Origin: a virus
Taxonomy: Duplodnaviria; Caudoviricetes
DNA length: 43,359 bases
Reading direction: 5' to 3' (one strand)
Virus record (IMG/VR): IMGVR_UViG_3300012942_000072
Coordinates: 1-43,359 of that record
Part shown: positions 34,412 through 43,253 of the stretch, piece after piece
How the letters are laid out: the number at the start of each line of letters is the position of its first letter
How positions within the stretch are numbered: the stretch's first letter is position 1
Notes under the pieces: model-generated
Told to the model about the DNA's origin: nothing
Database searches by the model: none
What the model saw: only the letters and a program-made list of their open reading frames with translations
Made by a program: the position numbers and the translations under genes

Positions 34412-36028
34412 TCATGCCAGCGACTCGGCGACAGCACGAAGCAGGAACTCAGCCGCCGGCGGTGTGACACCGTTGCCGAGCTGGCGGACCTTCTCGCGGC
34501 GGTTGCCGAGCACTCGGTACTCGACGGTGAAAGCCATAGCGGCTTGGATCTCGTGCGGCTCCAACATGCGGAACGTGGCGTCCTCGACCTGGGCTTCGAT
34601 CGACACGAGCGACTGATGCCCGGCGGTGGTGATCGTCCGTGCAGGTTCGGAGGCGATCGTCGAGTGGCGTGATGCGTGACCGCCAGGGATGCCGTTCTGC
34701 CGGACGAGCATGTGGTGGTTGCCCGATGCGACGACCGTTGCGAGCGGTTCGGTCACCGGCCGGTGATCACTGGACCCGCCCCGCAGTTCGGCGATGAACG
34801 CGACGCCGTCCGTCTCTCGTGTCGTCACCGTCGAGAACGGCTCCGCATCCGAGGTCGCGGTTTCGCGCCACGTCCCACCGGAGGGCACGACCAGTGCGTA
34901 CCGATCGTGGGTGGTCAGCGCGCCGACCGGCTCGCTCGCGGGCTTCGCGCTGTCTGCCGCGCCGTAGTACGGGACGACCAGCGCCGACTCCGCACGGGTC
35001 GTCTGGGTACGCAGCGGGACGGTGGTGGGTGCGGCCTGCTTGCCGTCCCTGCCTTCGACCGGGACGACGAGGCCGTGGTGATTGCCAGAGGCCACGACCG
35101 CCGCCATCGGGTCCTTGATCGACGACATCCGCGAGGCGTTCATCTCGCCACGCCGCACGGTCAGATACGGCTCGGCGCCGTACTTCCGCAACCCGGCTTC
35201 GATCCGCGCCATCGTCTTCGGCGACAACGGCTTCACCCGGTCGCCGATACGGGTCCCCGGCAGCCCCCAGTCGATCGCAGCCGCAGCAGGCAGCGCGTAG
35301 GGCTCCACCGCATGCCCCCTGGCGCACACGTACACGTATTGGGCGCGGTAGCGGCCCACGGTGCGGCCGTTCTTCCACGCCTGCACGGACGGTGCCTCAG
35401 TACCGCACTCGGCACACCACGCCAACGGGGCCGGGGTCACGTTCGGGCGACGATTCCCAATCCGCGAGAACACCACGTACAGCCGGTCACGGGACTGCGG
35501 GGCGCGGGGCGCGTTGATCGCCTGCGCATGCATCGAGTTCAGCGACACGAGCTGGTGCTCATAGCCGAGCGCTTCCATCGCCGACAGCCACGCCCGGAAC
35601 GGAATCCACTTCACCGCCTCGACGACGTTCTCCACCACCACCGCCCGGTACGGGCGGCCACGCAGCAGCATCGCCTCGGTGAAGCGGGGTACGTCCCACA
35701 TCGTCGCGCGGGACCGTTCAGCAGCAGCGTCGGGCAAGGTCTCGCCGAACAGGTCCGGCTGCCCATCCCCGACCCGCTTCTGTCCCTTCGCCTGCGAATG
35801 GTTCGTACACTCCGGCGAGGCCCACAGCACATCGGTGGCCGGGTAGCGGCGGGCGTCGACCTGGGAGATGTCCGCGCAGTCGTGCTCCGTATCGGGGAAG
35901 TTCGCGGCGTGCGTCTCGATCGCCTTCGCCCAGTGGTTAGCGGCGATCTTCAGATCGAACCCTGCCGCGTGCGCGCCCAGCCCTGAACCGCCGGCTCCGC
36001 AAAACAGATCCGTGATCGTGAGGCTCAT
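34412..36028 (-). CDS. DNA (cytosine-5)-methyltransferase
   Basis: DLFCGAGG, SPEC, ENVVE, Q.R.R and QLGNGV motifs. Confidence 0.95.
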   Translation of the reverse strand: MSLTITDLFCGAGGSGLGAHAAGFDLKIAANHWAKAIETHAANFPDTEHDCADISQVDARRYPATDVLWASPECTNHSQAKGQKRVGDGQPDLFGETLPDAAAERSRATMWDVPRFTEAMLLRGRPYRAVVVENVVEAVKWIPFRAWLSAMEALGYEHQLVSLNSMHAQAINAPRAPQSRDRLYVVFSRIGNRRPNVTPAPLAWCAECGTEAPSVQAWKNGRTVGRYRAQYVYVCARGHAVEPYALPAAAAIDWGLPGTRIGDRVKPLSPKTMARIEAGLRKYGAEPYLTVRRGEMNASRMSSIKDPMAAVVASGNHHGLVVPVEGRDGKQAAPTTVPLRTQTTRAESALVVPYYGAADSAKPASEPVGALTTHDRYALVVPSGGTWRETATSDAEPFSTVTTRETDGVAFIAELRGGSSDHRPVTEPLATVVASGNHHMLVRQNGIPGGHASRHSTIASEPARTITTAGHQSLVSIEAQVEDATFRMLEPHEIQAAMAFTVEYRVLGNRREKVRQLGNGVTPPAAEFLLRAVAESLA

Positions 36029-36441
36029 GCCGCGACCGCCTGACGGGAAGTCTGGAAGATCAACGACTGGTACCGATTTAGCTCGGCCCGGTTCGTCGCC
36101 CGCGCGGTGGAGTGCTCCAGCCCGACCCGCTCCAGGTAGCGGCGGCGGGCCAGGACACCGAACGCGGGACCTCGGGAGGCTTCTTCTGTGGCGTCCCACG
36201 CCTGCGGCCAGAGCGCGCGGATCTCGTTCGCGGACACGTACTCGTGCTCGCGGGCGAACCGGAAGATCAGCACTCTCGCCGAGCCGACGTACAGCTCAGG
36301 GTTGAGGTCTACGCAGTTGCCGTGGAGGTGGTCGCGGTAACGCAAATCCGAATCACACGGCGCGGAGCAGAACACGCAGACCGTGAGGGTGCGGCCGTGG
36401 TGGCCGTAGAACGTCGGAGGTGTAGCAATCAGACGCTTCAT
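36025..36441 (-). CDS. Hypothetical protein
   Basis: GGAGGAGG RBS; coupled. Confidence 0.7.
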   Translation of the reverse strand: MKRLIATPPTFYGHHGRTLTVCVFCSAPCDSDLRYRDHLHGNCVDLNPELYVGSARVLIFRFAREHEYVSANEIRALWPQAWDATEEASRGPAFGVLARRRYLERVGLEHSTARATNRAELNRYQSLIFQTSRQAVAA

Positions 36442-36938
36442 GCCGCCCTCCTCCGCCGGCCTGCGGCGGCGGCACCGTCACGACAGGCTTGGCATGCCCT
36501 CTCGCCACGCAGGCGGTGAGCGTCATACCCCTTACGGGTGCCATGCTCGAGCCCGTCGCGAGGGGTCGCGTCCGGGTCGTCCAGGTCCGTGTCGTCCCAC
36601 GCCAACGGAGGAGCGAAGCCGTTCCGGGCCGCGTGCGTCGCCGCCCTCGACGACGGTCCCCGTGTCATCGACAGCCGCTCATACAGTGCCGCGACACGGT
36701 CGGCGGTAGCCGCATTCACCGTCGAGTACTGCGCCCGGGAGAGGCGGCGGATCACCGACTCGCTCACGCCCACCTCTGCGGCGAGCGACGTCCACGACCA
36801 TCCGAGACACGCCAGTGCCCGCAGTCGGCGCTGCGTCCCGACGATCGGTGTCCGACCGCGCCACGCTCCCCGGTCCATGAGGATGCGGCGCCGCTTGAGG
36901 TAGGCCGGTTTCGGCAGGACGGCGTGGAGGGAGTTCAC
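36438..36938 (-). CDS. HTH DNA-binding protein with C-terminal Cys/His motif
   Basis: RRLRALACLGWS...LAAEVGVS, PPLAWDD, HGT..GY..H......C..C. Confidence 0.8.
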   Translation of the reverse strand: MNSLHAVLPKPAYLKRRRILMDRGAWRGRTPIVGTQRRLRALACLGWSWTSLAAEVGVSESVIRRLSRAQYSTVNAATADRVAALYERLSMTRGPSSRAATHAARNGFAPPLAWDDTDLDDPDATPRDGLEHGTRKGYDAHRLRGERACQACRDGAAAAGRRRRAA

Positions 36939-37633
36939 GACTGGCTCGCGAAGTCCATGCGGACCGGCATGACGATGCCGCGCACACCCGACTCGACGCC
37001 GAGGATTTCGATTTCGGCGGCCTTGTCTTCCCCTCCGAACTGCCACACGATGGGCGCGTTGCCGTGTAGCTTCCCCAGTTTCGCCAGCCGTCCGATGATC
37101 TCCGGGTTGAGCGCGATCGCGTCCGTCGTCTCATGCGTGACGCCGGCGAACAGGCTGCGCCAGTCCGGGTATGTGCCGCCGTAAATGTCGAGCTGCAACC
37201 GTTCCTGCGACTCGTAGTCGAACCGCACGTACCGGCGTTCCATCCCTTCCAGCGTCGGCTCATCACCGTCGTCGGCGACGTTCAACGCGACGCTGACCTC
37301 GACCGGTGGCAGACCTTCCTTCGCCGCGTACTTCGCCCGACCCAACAGGTAGCCGAGAAGTCCTCTCGCGCGGCCATCCAGATCCATCGCGATCACCGCT
37401 GCCCCCGGCACCTCGTCCAGCGACGGCTCATCGAAAGGCTTGTGGTCCAAGGTCGGGACGAACGCCCGCAGTGCGACGTAACGGTCTGTCGCGATCAACC
37501 GCAGACCTTGCGTGTGCTCCTCGATCAGGACCGTTTTGTTCAGGACCGGCAGTTCCGGGTCCTTGCCGGAGGCGAGTGCGACGGAAAGCCACGCGGTCGC
37601 CAACACTCCCGCGTCGTAGGTCTGCTCGATCAT
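36935..37633 (-). CDS. DNA polymerase III beta-clamp-like protein
   Basis: LPVL..VLIE....LRLIATDRY, G.YPDWRSL and GIVMPVR motifs. Confidence 0.75.
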   Translation of the reverse strand: MIEQTYDAGVLATAWLSVALASGKDPELPVLNKTVLIEEHTQGLRLIATDRYVALRAFVPTLDHKPFDEPSLDEVPGAAVIAMDLDGRARGLLGYLLGRAKYAAKEGLPPVEVSVALNVADDGDEPTLEGMERRYVRFDYESQERLQLDIYGGTYPDWRSLFAGVTHETTDAIALNPEIIGRLAKLGKLHGNAPIVWQFGGEDKAAEIEILGVESGVRGIVMPVRMDFASQS

Positions 37634-37971
37634 GCGCTTGTCCTCTCGGTGAGTTCGTCGTAAATCGCGGCCCACATGCTGGGTCTCCACAGCCGGTACG
37701 TGTCGCCCATGGCGGACGCCCACAGTCGTTGCGCGGTCGACAGCCGGCCGCGCTCCGTCTTCAACTCGACGTGGAGCACCACGCCATGACGGGCGATCGT
37801 GAGGTCCGGGAAGCCGGTGTGGCCTTGTGTCGCCGTCGACCATTTACCTCGACGGTTCAACGACGGTCGGGGATGAAAAACAAGCCAGCCGTGCAGCTTC
37901 GCCAGGCCGATCACCGTGGTCTGGAAATCTGCCTCCGACAGGGTCGGGGCGAGAGGCGCGACGGTGGTCAC
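37630..37971 (-). CDS. VRR-NUC nuclease
   Basis: SEADFQ, GFPDL, ELKT..GRLS..Q..W, WRP motifs. Confidence 0.9.
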   Translation of the reverse strand: MTTVAPLAPTLSEADFQTTVIGLAKLHGWLVFHPRPSLNRRGKWSTATQGHTGFPDLTIARHGVVLHVELKTERGRLSTAQRLWASAMGDTYRLWRPSMWAAIYDELTERTSA

Positions 37972-38324
37972 CGCTCACCACCGGACGTGAACGGCACCGC
38001 CGCAGGGTCTGCCCACGAGGCGACGATCCAACCGTGGTCGAGCGACCGCGCCGGTTGAGCATGAATCTGCTCGTGGCACCGGAGATCGACGGCGAGGAGG
38101 TTGGCCTCGACGTGCTGGCCGCCTTGTGAGCGGAGCTTGCGGTGATGCAGATGCACCGCCCGCTGCCCACAACCCAGCTCGCACAGCCAGCCGGCGCGCT
38201 CGTACACAGCTTGACGGACCTTCGCCGGGATCGTCTTACCCGTCCGGCTGCGGCCCGACTTCGGCAGGGCCTCGTCAGGTTTCGGCGCTGGGCCGTAGCC
38301 ACCCTCGGGCACAAGGACGCTCAC
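37968..38324 (-). CDS. HNH endonuclease
   Basis: HHRKLRSQGG....NLL....CH..IH. Confidence 0.88.
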   Translation of the reverse strand: MSVLVPEGGYGPAPKPDEALPKSGRSRTGKTIPAKVRQAVYERAGWLCELGCGQRAVHLHHRKLRSQGGQHVEANLLAVDLRCHEQIHAQPARSLDHGWIVASWADPAAVPFTSGGER

Positions 38325-39262
38325 AGTCCTGCCCCCGATCCCGGCACAGCTGATTCGGGCCACAACGGTTCGTCGGGGTCCGGTTCGGCAGTGTTGGTGG
38401 ACGGCGGAATGGTTACCGTCTCGCCACCGTCAAGGGCCGGTGACTCCACCACCGAACCGGACGACTGTGCGGCGATCTCGGCAACGGTCACCACGTGACC
38501 CTGTGCCGGGAACTCGTCCTCGGCGCGCTTCTCCCCGCGCTTCAGCTCCCCGCCGATGATCTTCAGGACGCCGAGGTCCTGCGCGGTCCACCTCGCGCGC
38601 GGACGCTCAAGTCGCGTCTCCAACTGCTCAGCGGTGACACCGAACGCGGCGAAGGCGCTGATCATGGCCGCGACCTGTTGCGGCATAGTTTTGCCGCCGC
38701 CGTCCTGGAGCGTGTTCGCGCACAGCCCTTCGGCTTCCTCGCGGAACCAGATCGGCAGGACGGCGAAGATCGTCTCTCGCAACGCGCGCGCGGCCTGCGA
38801 GTTGTTGTTGTTCACGATGTCGGACAGGTCCGTCAGCCACTCGCGCTGCTTGTTCTTCATCCGCGCGTGCGGCACCACGAACGACCGCGAGGAGCGGACG
38901 TTGGCTTCCTGATCCCATGACCACGCCTGCATTTCGGAGATGCCGTCCTCGTCGGAGCGGCGTAGTTCACGCACCCCGTAGTCGACGTTCGTCCAGCAGC
39001 GGGCCAGCTCGCGCGCCAGATGCACCGTCGAGCCTTCGACGCGCCCGCCGGCTCGCGGCAGGGAGTAGAACGCGCGCTCCGCGAGCGCCTTCTGACGGCA
39101 GGCTGAACGCATCCGCTCGATCGCGCGCGTCTCGTCGCGGGGGAAGTCCTGGGCGACCTTCACGGCAGCGGCGACCTCGGCGACCGCGCGGGCCTGCTCG
39201 ATCGCGGTGGCTTGCGACTGGTCCACGACGCGGGAGGCGGGCAGGTTCAGGGTTTCGGTCAT
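38321..39262 (-). CDS. RecT-like ssDNA annealing protein (putative)
   Basis: Coupled to the RecE-like gene; EQARAVAEV...FPRD, AFY..PR.G..V.G.TVHLARELARCW motifs. Confidence 0.75.
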   Translation of the reverse strand: MTETLNLPASRVVDQSQATAIEQARAVAEVAAAVKVAQDFPRDETRAIERMRSACRQKALAERAFYSLPRAGGRVEGSTVHLARELARCWTNVDYGVRELRRSDEDGISEMQAWSWDQEANVRSSRSFVVPHARMKNKQREWLTDLSDIVNNNNSQAARALRETIFAVLPIWFREEAEGLCANTLQDGGGKTMPQQVAAMISAFAAFGVTAEQLETRLERPRARWTAQDLGVLKIIGGELKRGEKRAEDEFPAQGHVVTVAEIAAQSSGSVVESPALDGGETVTIPPSTNTAEPDPDEPLWPESAVPGSGAGL

Positions 39263-40098
39263 GCGGCCGACTCCTCGAACTTGCGGACGTACCAGTACGG
39301 CAGTGAGGCGAGGTTCACGGCCTCGCCGTAGCCGGGCCAGCGGCCGGACTCCATACACCGGGCGAAGGTGTCGATCGCGGCGCGACGCTGGGCGCGGGCA
39401 ATGTCGTCGGCCACCACGTCGAGCTGGATCACGTTGACCAGATACGGCGGCTCCTTCTCGACGACGACGAACACGAACGCCGGATCGTCATGCAGCCCCA
39501 GCGCCTTCGCGCCTTCGCGGTAGTGCAGCGATTGGGTCGCGTAGCCGTAGTCCGCAGCAGACTTGCCGAACGACTCCTCATCAGCCGACTTCGACGTCTT
39601 GAGGTCGACCATGATCAGCCGACCGCCACCGGGGTCGGGCAGCCAGTCGCATCGGAGCCGCAGCATCGCGCCCGTCTCCGGGTCGCGCCAGAACATCGAC
39701 TGCTCGGCCTCGCCCTGCGAGAACAGCATCCCGGCGACCGGGTGCGACTTCACCGAGTCCACCATCGCCTGCGCTTCGGTGAACTTCGCGGTCAGGATCG
39801 GCACCCGGCCGTTGGCGCGGGACTCCTTCGCGGCCTCACTCGCGACCTTCGTGCGGAAGCTGTCCGCCTCGATCACGTCGAACCCCTGGCCGACACCGAA
39901 CAGCAGCTCATGCACAACGGAGCCGAACTCCTGCGCGTCAGTCGACTCGGTACGCGGGTTGTCCAACTGCCACTTGAACACGGCCGGCGGATGCTGGGTC
40001 AACGTCTTGATGCCCGACGCCGACAGGCTCGAGCGCTGCGCGTGGTACTGAGCCTCGGGCAGATCCGGGTAGATGCCCGACTGCTCGATCTCGCTCAT
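39259..40098 (-). CDS. recE: RecE-like exonuclease VIII (PD-(D/E)XK, DUF3799-like)
   Basis: YH...LS.S, R.DWL, DLKT, FVVVEKEPPY and WPGY motifs. Confidence 0.9.
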   Translation of the reverse strand: MSEIEQSGIYPDLPEAQYHAQRSSLSASGIKTLTQHPPAVFKWQLDNPRTESTDAQEFGSVVHELLFGVGQGFDVIEADSFRTKVASEAAKESRANGRVPILTAKFTEAQAMVDSVKSHPVAGMLFSQGEAEQSMFWRDPETGAMLRLRCDWLPDPGGGRLIMVDLKTSKSADEESFGKSAADYGYATQSLHYREGAKALGLHDDPAFVFVVVEKEPPYLVNVIQLDVVADDIARAQRRAAIDTFARCMESGRWPGYGEAVNLASLPYWYVRKFEESAA

Positions 40099-40340
40099 CG
40101 TCCGCCCCTGACGATCCGCAGCGCCCGCTCATCGGCAGCAGCCGCATCCGACAGGGGCACCGGCCAGTAGGGCACCGGGTTGAGCACGTCGGCGACGGCC
40201 ATCCAGTCGTCCTCGGTGCGGACGTCGCACAGGGCGGTATCGATCGACCATCCCGCCCGGGTGAACGCACGATGCAACGCGATCCCCACCACAACACCGA
40301 GCAGGAACCCCAACAGCAGGGAGGCGACAGTCCCGTTCAC
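40095..40340 (-). CDS. Small membrane protein
   Basis: N-terminal TM; GGAGG RBS; coupled. Confidence 0.65.
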   Translation of the reverse strand: MNGTVASLLLGFLLGVVVGIALHRAFTRAGWSIDTALCDVRTEDDWMAVADVLNPVPYWPVPLSDAAAADERALRIVRGGR

Positions 40341-40522
40341 AGCACGCCCACCTCCTCCAGGTAGACCAGCGCACCGAGGTTGTCGCCGTCATAGCCGTGA
40401 GTGATCGCATGGGACAGCAACTGGCGGGCGTCGCCTCGATCCGACTCGGCCGCCGCACGCAACGTGTCCAGCCACATCGCATCCAGACGCTCAACCTCGG
40501 CCCGGCGGCGGCGGCGACTCAC
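40337..40522 (-). CDS. Hypothetical protein
   Basis: Coupled to both neighbours. Confidence 0.6.
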   Translation of the reverse strand: MSRRRRRAEVERLDAMWLDTLRAAAESDRGDARQLLSHAITHGYDGDNLGALVYLEEVGVL

Positions 40523-41166
40523 GCCGTCACCGCCTTCAGAACGACGATCCCCGACGGGGCGATCTCCCAGCCCTCAGGCAGCGTGTAGTGGTTCGCGCTG
40601 CTCAGGTTCGCGCCGCGCAGGTTCGCGCTGCTCAGGTTCGCGCCGTACAGGTTCGCGCCGTACAGGTTCGCGCTGCTCAGGTCCGCGCTGCTCAGGTTCG
40701 CGCCCCGCAGGTCCGCGCTGCTCAGGTCCGCGCCCCGCAGGTCCGCGCTGCTCAGGTCCGCGCTGCTCAGGTCCGCGCCGCGCAGGTCCGCGCCGCCCAG
40801 GTCCGCGCCGCGCAGCGCCTCCCACGGATCGGAACGTGCCGCGCGGGCCGCGTCCACAACCTTCTGCCAGTCCGGCCCGAGCGTCTCGGCCAGCATCTCG
40901 TCAGTGATCTCCACCGTGCGCAGGTATTCGACCGCCTCATCCGAGTCGGAGTTGAGGTTGTCGTTCCACGATTCGGCGTGCTTGAGGTGACGGAGGACTT
41001 GGCGGGTCAGCCACGCGTCCCCCGGCTTCGGGTCGCACAGCCTGACCGCGCCGGTCAAGCACACCTGACCCGCGTCGTTCTGTTCGGTGCCTTGCGTCCA
41101 GCCGTGTTCGGTCATGAACTCGGCGGCGGCGCGGAGGCGGTTGGTCAGTTCAGTAGCGGTGGACAT
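40519..41166 (-). CDS. Pentapeptide-repeat protein with an N-terminal DUF6197-like domain
   Basis: HGWTQG...CLTGA..WND N-terminus; 14 full A(D/N)Lxx repeats. Confidence 0.9.
   Translation of the reverse strand: MSTATELTNRLRAAAEFMTEHGWTQGTEQNDAGQVCLTGAVRLCDPKPGDAWLTRQVLRHLKHAESWNDNLNSDSDEAVEYLRTVEITDEMLAETLGPDWQKVVDAARAARSDPWEALRGADLGGADLRGADLSSADLSSADLRGADLSSADLRGANLSSADLSSANLYGANLYGANLSSANLRGANLSSANHYTLPEGWEIAPSGIVVLKAVTA
40591..40815. repeat. 15-bp tandem repeat array encoding pentapeptide repeats
   Basis: CAGGT(T/C)CGCGC(T/C)G unit repeated about 15 times. Confidence 0.95.
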
Positions 41167-41664
41167 TCATGCCTCCTGGGGCTGGGGTGAGGTAGCAGAG
41201 ATCTCGGGCTCGGCGACGGCTACGGCACCGCGTGGAGCGGCAGCGGCAGCGGCATCGACAGCGGGCGTGTCCAGGTCGATTGCGGTGCTCGACGCGTTCA
41301 CCTCGGCGATGAACGAGGCAGGCGCCTGGACGACCACCGCGTGGCCACCGACGTTGTCCACCTCGGCGTAGACGTAGTACTGGATGTGGTTGACGACCGC
41401 AGTGATCCCGGCGAGCGCGCTGGAGCCGTCCTGTGAGTAGTCCTTCGCTCCGGGCAGCGCGCGGGCCCAGGCGAGGATCTCCTCCCGTGTCTCGCACTCG
41501 ATCCACAGATCCGTGGTCGAGTGCGGTCGGCCGGTGTTGACGGTGTCGAGCAGGGCGGCGGCCTGAATCAGGCCGTCCGCAAGCTCGATCCGCCTATGCC
41601 GCTCCGGCGACAGGTCGGTGTAGCTGTCGGCTGCGATGGTGTCGGTGTGCTCTATGCTCGTCAC
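41167..41664 (-). CDS. Hypothetical protein
   Basis: GGAG RBS; abuts next gene. Confidence 0.7.
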   Translation of the reverse strand: MTSIEHTDTIAADSYTDLSPERHRRIELADGLIQAAALLDTVNTGRPHSTTDLWIECETREEILAWARALPGAKDYSQDGSSALAGITAVVNHIQYYVYAEVDNVGGHAVVVQAPASFIAEVNASSTAIDLDTPAVDAAAAAAPRGAVAVAEPEISATSPQPQEA

Positions 41665-41739
41665 GAGCAGGCTCCAATCTGTCGGTATCAGTTGGTTGTC
41701 TTGCGGTGACGGCTCCGGGTCAGCCCCCGGGGCCGTCCG

Positions 41740-41988
41740 TCATTGCAGGCACGCTGCGGTGACCAGGCACACGACGCCGACCGCGCAAAAGCCGAGAGCG
41801 ATGAACAGTGGGTCGGTCCACCACTTCCACCGGTCGCCGCTGTCGCCCCCCACGACGTCAGCGGCGACCGGCTTCGGGGAGGGGCCCGCTACTCGCTCCC
41901 CCACAGGTGCGAGTGGCGGCACGGCTGACGGGACGAGAGGGGACACCGCCCCGTCAGTCGTGTCACCGTTCGACCTGGGGGTAGTCAC
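41740..41988 (-). CDS. Small protein with a C-terminal TM
   Basis: GTGA coupling to Xis; hydrophobic C-terminus. Confidence 0.55.
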   Translation of the reverse strand: MTTPRSNGDTTDGAVSPLVPSAVPPLAPVGERVAGPSPKPVAADVVGGDSGDRWKWWTDPLFIALGFCAVGVVCLVTAACLQ

Positions 41989-42200
41989 GCGGACCGCCGG
42001 CGGTTAGGGCGGGCCGAATTGGTCCGCACTTCGCAAAGATGCTTGATCTCAGCGATGTGCTCGGGCGTGAAGTAGCGGACGCCGCCGATCACGGTGGAGG
42101 GGAAGCCGCGACGGTTCACGTTGTATTTGAGCCAGCCGGGGGTGGCGCGGAGCAGGGCGGCGGCTTCGGCGGTGTCGTAGAGAGCGGTCGGATCCGTCAT
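41985..42200 (-). CDS. xis: Excisionase-like HTH protein
   Basis: LYDTAEAAALL.....WL......FP...IGG.RYF. Confidence 0.8.
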   Translation of the reverse strand: MTDPTALYDTAEAAALLRATPGWLKYNVNRRGFPSTVIGGVRYFTPEHIAEIKHLCEVRTNSARPNRRRSA

Positions 42201-42619
42201 CGCGCACCGCCCTGGGCCGTTTCCCCAGCCTCACAGGAGGGATGTGAGACTGGGGACGGCTCTACGCTCTCCGTACCTGCCAAGGACGAAGGAGCGAGAA
42301 CATGATGAAGTACTCCCTGCATTACGCGGGCAGCACGTTCGAGTTGAGGAACGAGACCATTGCGGAAGAACTTCTTGCCGTGATCCGTGGCGTTGTCGAG
42401 CGAGGTGACGTGCTGATGGCGCGCGCGGACTTGCTCGATGGCGGCTCGGTAGAAGTCCTCCTTGGCGGCGGTGCAGCAGTCGCAGTGTCCAGCCACGGCG
42501 GTGATGCGGACCGGCCGTTCATCGCGCCCAAGCGCCTTCGCCTCTAGGGACTCACAGCTAAGTCCATGGACGGCTAGCTCCTGCATCCTGGTCGCGAGAC
42601 GGTCCAAGTCGGTGCTCAT
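42197..42619 (-). CDS. Hypothetical protein
   Basis: ATGA overlaps with both cro and xis; HCDCC motif. Confidence 0.55.
   Translation of the reverse strand: MSTDLDRLATRMQELAVHGLSCESLEAKALGRDERPVRITAVAGHCDCCTAAKEDFYRAAIEQVRARHQHVTSLDNATDHGKKFFRNGLVPQLERAARVMQGVLHHVLAPSSLAGTESVEPSPVSHPSCEAGETAQGGAR
42302..42547 (+). CDS. 81-aa hypothetical protein nested antisense
   Basis: Strong GAAGGAG RBS; globular protein-like composition. Confidence 0.6.
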   Translation: MMKYSLHYAGSTFELRNETIAEELLAVIRGVVERGDVLMARADLLDGGSVEVLLGGGAAVAVSSHGGDADRPFIAPKRLRL

Positions 42620-42864
42620 GCTGCGCCAGCCTTGGACTGGGGATTCGCGCTGTCGTCATCAGTCAGTAGGTCTGCGGGCCGAACGTTGAGCGCTCGTGCC
42701 AAGCGAAAAAACTCACTCACCGTGAGGTCGCCAACGCCGCGCAACTTGCGCGACAGGGTGGCGAGCGGAACCCCCGATGATTCACTGAGATCCCTCAGGG
42801 GGACGCGCTTGGCCTCGACCAGCGCGGCCAGTCTCTCGACAATGAATTGTTCTTTTTGGAACAT
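42616..42864 (-). CDS. Cro-like HTH protein
   Basis: LRDLSESSGVPLATLSRKLRG; divergent from repressor; leaderless start. Confidence 0.88.
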   Translation of the reverse strand: MFQKEQFIVERLAALVEAKRVPLRDLSESSGVPLATLSRKLRGVGDLTVSEFFRLARALNVRPADLLTDDDSANPQSKAGAA

Positions 42865-42936
42865 GCGAGAGACGTTAGTTCCAGATAGAACACGTTGTCA
42901 AGGCGTACAGCTAGACGAATCTGTTCCAAATGGAAT
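42849..42936. promoter_or_regulatory. Three 14-bp palindromic operators
   Basis: GTTCTTTTTGGAAC 42849-42862, GTTCCAGATAGAAC 42878-42891, GTTCCAAATGGAAT 42923-42936. Confidence 0.8.
42872..42901 (-). promoter_or_regulatory. Early lytic promoter (leaderless cro)
   Basis: TTGACA-N18-TAACGT, 7 nt before the ATG. Confidence 0.8.
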
Positions 42937-42941
42937 ACGGT
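42912..42941 (+). promoter_or_regulatory. Repressor promoter (leaderless)
   Basis: TAGACG-N18-TACGGT, 6 nt before ATG 42948. Confidence 0.6.
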
Positions 42942-42947
42942 GCGGTC

Positions 42948-43253
42948 ATGGTCAGAACAAGTAAGGTCGACGATCCCGAGAGCAGGGCAGCCGTCACAAT
43001 CCTGCGAGACGCATTCGCGTCATCAACGATGAACCGCGCCGATCTCTCCACCGCATCAGGAGTTCCAGAGGGGACGCTTTCGGGGATTTTCGCCGGCACC
43101 AAGCCGCTGTACGTCGCTCAATTTCTCCGTCTCGTCGCAGCCCTGGAGCTCGACATCGCGGAGGTCGCGGACCAAGTCGAGAAGCGCGTCAGCGAAACGA
43201 ACGCCCGCTCTCCGCGACACATGAACCGCATCCGTGACCGTCATGCCCAATGA
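42948..43253 (+). CDS. Immunity repressor (XRE HTH)
   Basis: RADLSTASGVPEGTLSGIFAG; divergent from cro; operators between the two. Confidence 0.85.
   Translation: MVRTSKVDDPESRAAVTILRDAFASSTMNRADLSTASGVPEGTLSGIFAGTKPLYVAQFLRLVAALELDIAEVADQVEKRVSETNARSPRHMNRIRDRHAQ

Larger units (their letters stand above)
1..43236. mobile_element. Complete temperate siphovirus genome (actinobacteriophage-like), circular/excised form
   Basis: Full head-tail-lysis-integration-immunity-replication gene set, intact attP, terminal overlap. Confidence 0.95.

Noticed and set aside
3052-40170. Many long + strand ORFs (e.g. 3052-4269, 12740-14104, 25197-26189, 34676-35986)
   Set aside because: Antisense shadows of well-supported - strand genes, expected in high-GC DNA; no motifs or RBS
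40588-41190. Repetitive + strand ORF (VRAAQ)n, or a CRISPR array
   Set aside because: Shadow of the pentapeptide gene; the 15-bp units have no spacers and no cas genes are present
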